Positions 31,962 to 32,000 of a stretch of 32,000 nucleotides of DNA are shown in pieces. Below the pieces are notes generated by a model. The model did not search any database, was not told the DNA's origin, and saw only the letters and a program-made list of their open reading frames with translations. The position numbers and the translations under genes are program-made. Position 1 is the stretch's first letter, and every line of letters starts with the position of its first letter. The stretch is taken from contig DASUGF010000040.1 of the NCBI GenBank assembly GCA_036274175.1, positions 38,326-70,325 of the forward strand, written 5' to 3'. The DNA comes from Parafilimonas sp. Lineage in GTDB: Bacteria; Bacteroidota; Bacteroidia; Chitinophagales; Chitinophagaceae.

Positions 31962-32000
31962 GTTGCATAATTGAGTTACCGGGCAGGCAATGCCTATGTT

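Noticed and set aside
1-32000. Scan for tRNA, rRNA, tmRNA, RNase P and CRISPR signatures
   Set aside because: I saw no GTTCGAATC-type T-arm in a cloverleaf context, no rRNA-like conserved blocks, no GAGGAAAGTCC RNase P motif and no spaced repeat arrays. A by-eye scan is not exhaustive. tRNAscan-SE and Infernal would settle it.

Overview
This is a chromosomal segment from a Bacteroidota genome, probably Chitinophagaceae or Sphingobacteriia-like. Support: repeated TAnnTTTG -7 promoter boxes, a long-form IspG, a type-2 IleRS followed directly by a DksA/TraR gene, and DUF2911, DUF3108 and DUF4783-type proteins. The backbone is housekeeping: typA (partial), ispG, ileS, gltX, engB and gpmI. It also carries a hydroxyproline-type catabolic cluster (DHDPS-family enzyme, aldehyde dehydrogenase, Cys/Cys proline-racemase-family epimerase, APC permease), a fructosamine-kinase-like gene, two CxxCH haem proteins and an outer-membrane protein cluster. 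I found no rRNA, tRNA or CRISPR array by eye. Items of interest: (1) an AT-rich islet (2762-4346) with a HicA toxin gene of 59 codons, too short for the ORF track, plus an HTH-bearing HicB and a trailing small ORF; (2) a REP-associated tyrosine transposase (RAYT) flanked on both sides by the same ~270-bp multi-hairpin module, inserted inside the catabolic cluster; (3) a 142-bp MITE-like palindromic element with 9-bp flanking direct repeats; (4) a DksA/TraR protein with a ~155-residue lysine/alanine/proline-rich histone-H1-like N-terminal extension and no zinc-finger cysteines; (5) an AT-rich accessory stretch with an orphan ECF-type sigma factor, a regulator gene remnant and an unknown small membrane protein; (6) a 13-copy 11-bp tandem repeat filling a convergent intergenic gap; (7) a 66-nt in-frame palindrome-containing insertion in engB; (8) -7 promoter boxes only 4-6 nt upstream of three housekeeping start codons, suggesting leaderless mRNAs. 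No single obvious large novel multi-gene system is visible. Family names come from motif recognition by eye, not from database searches.
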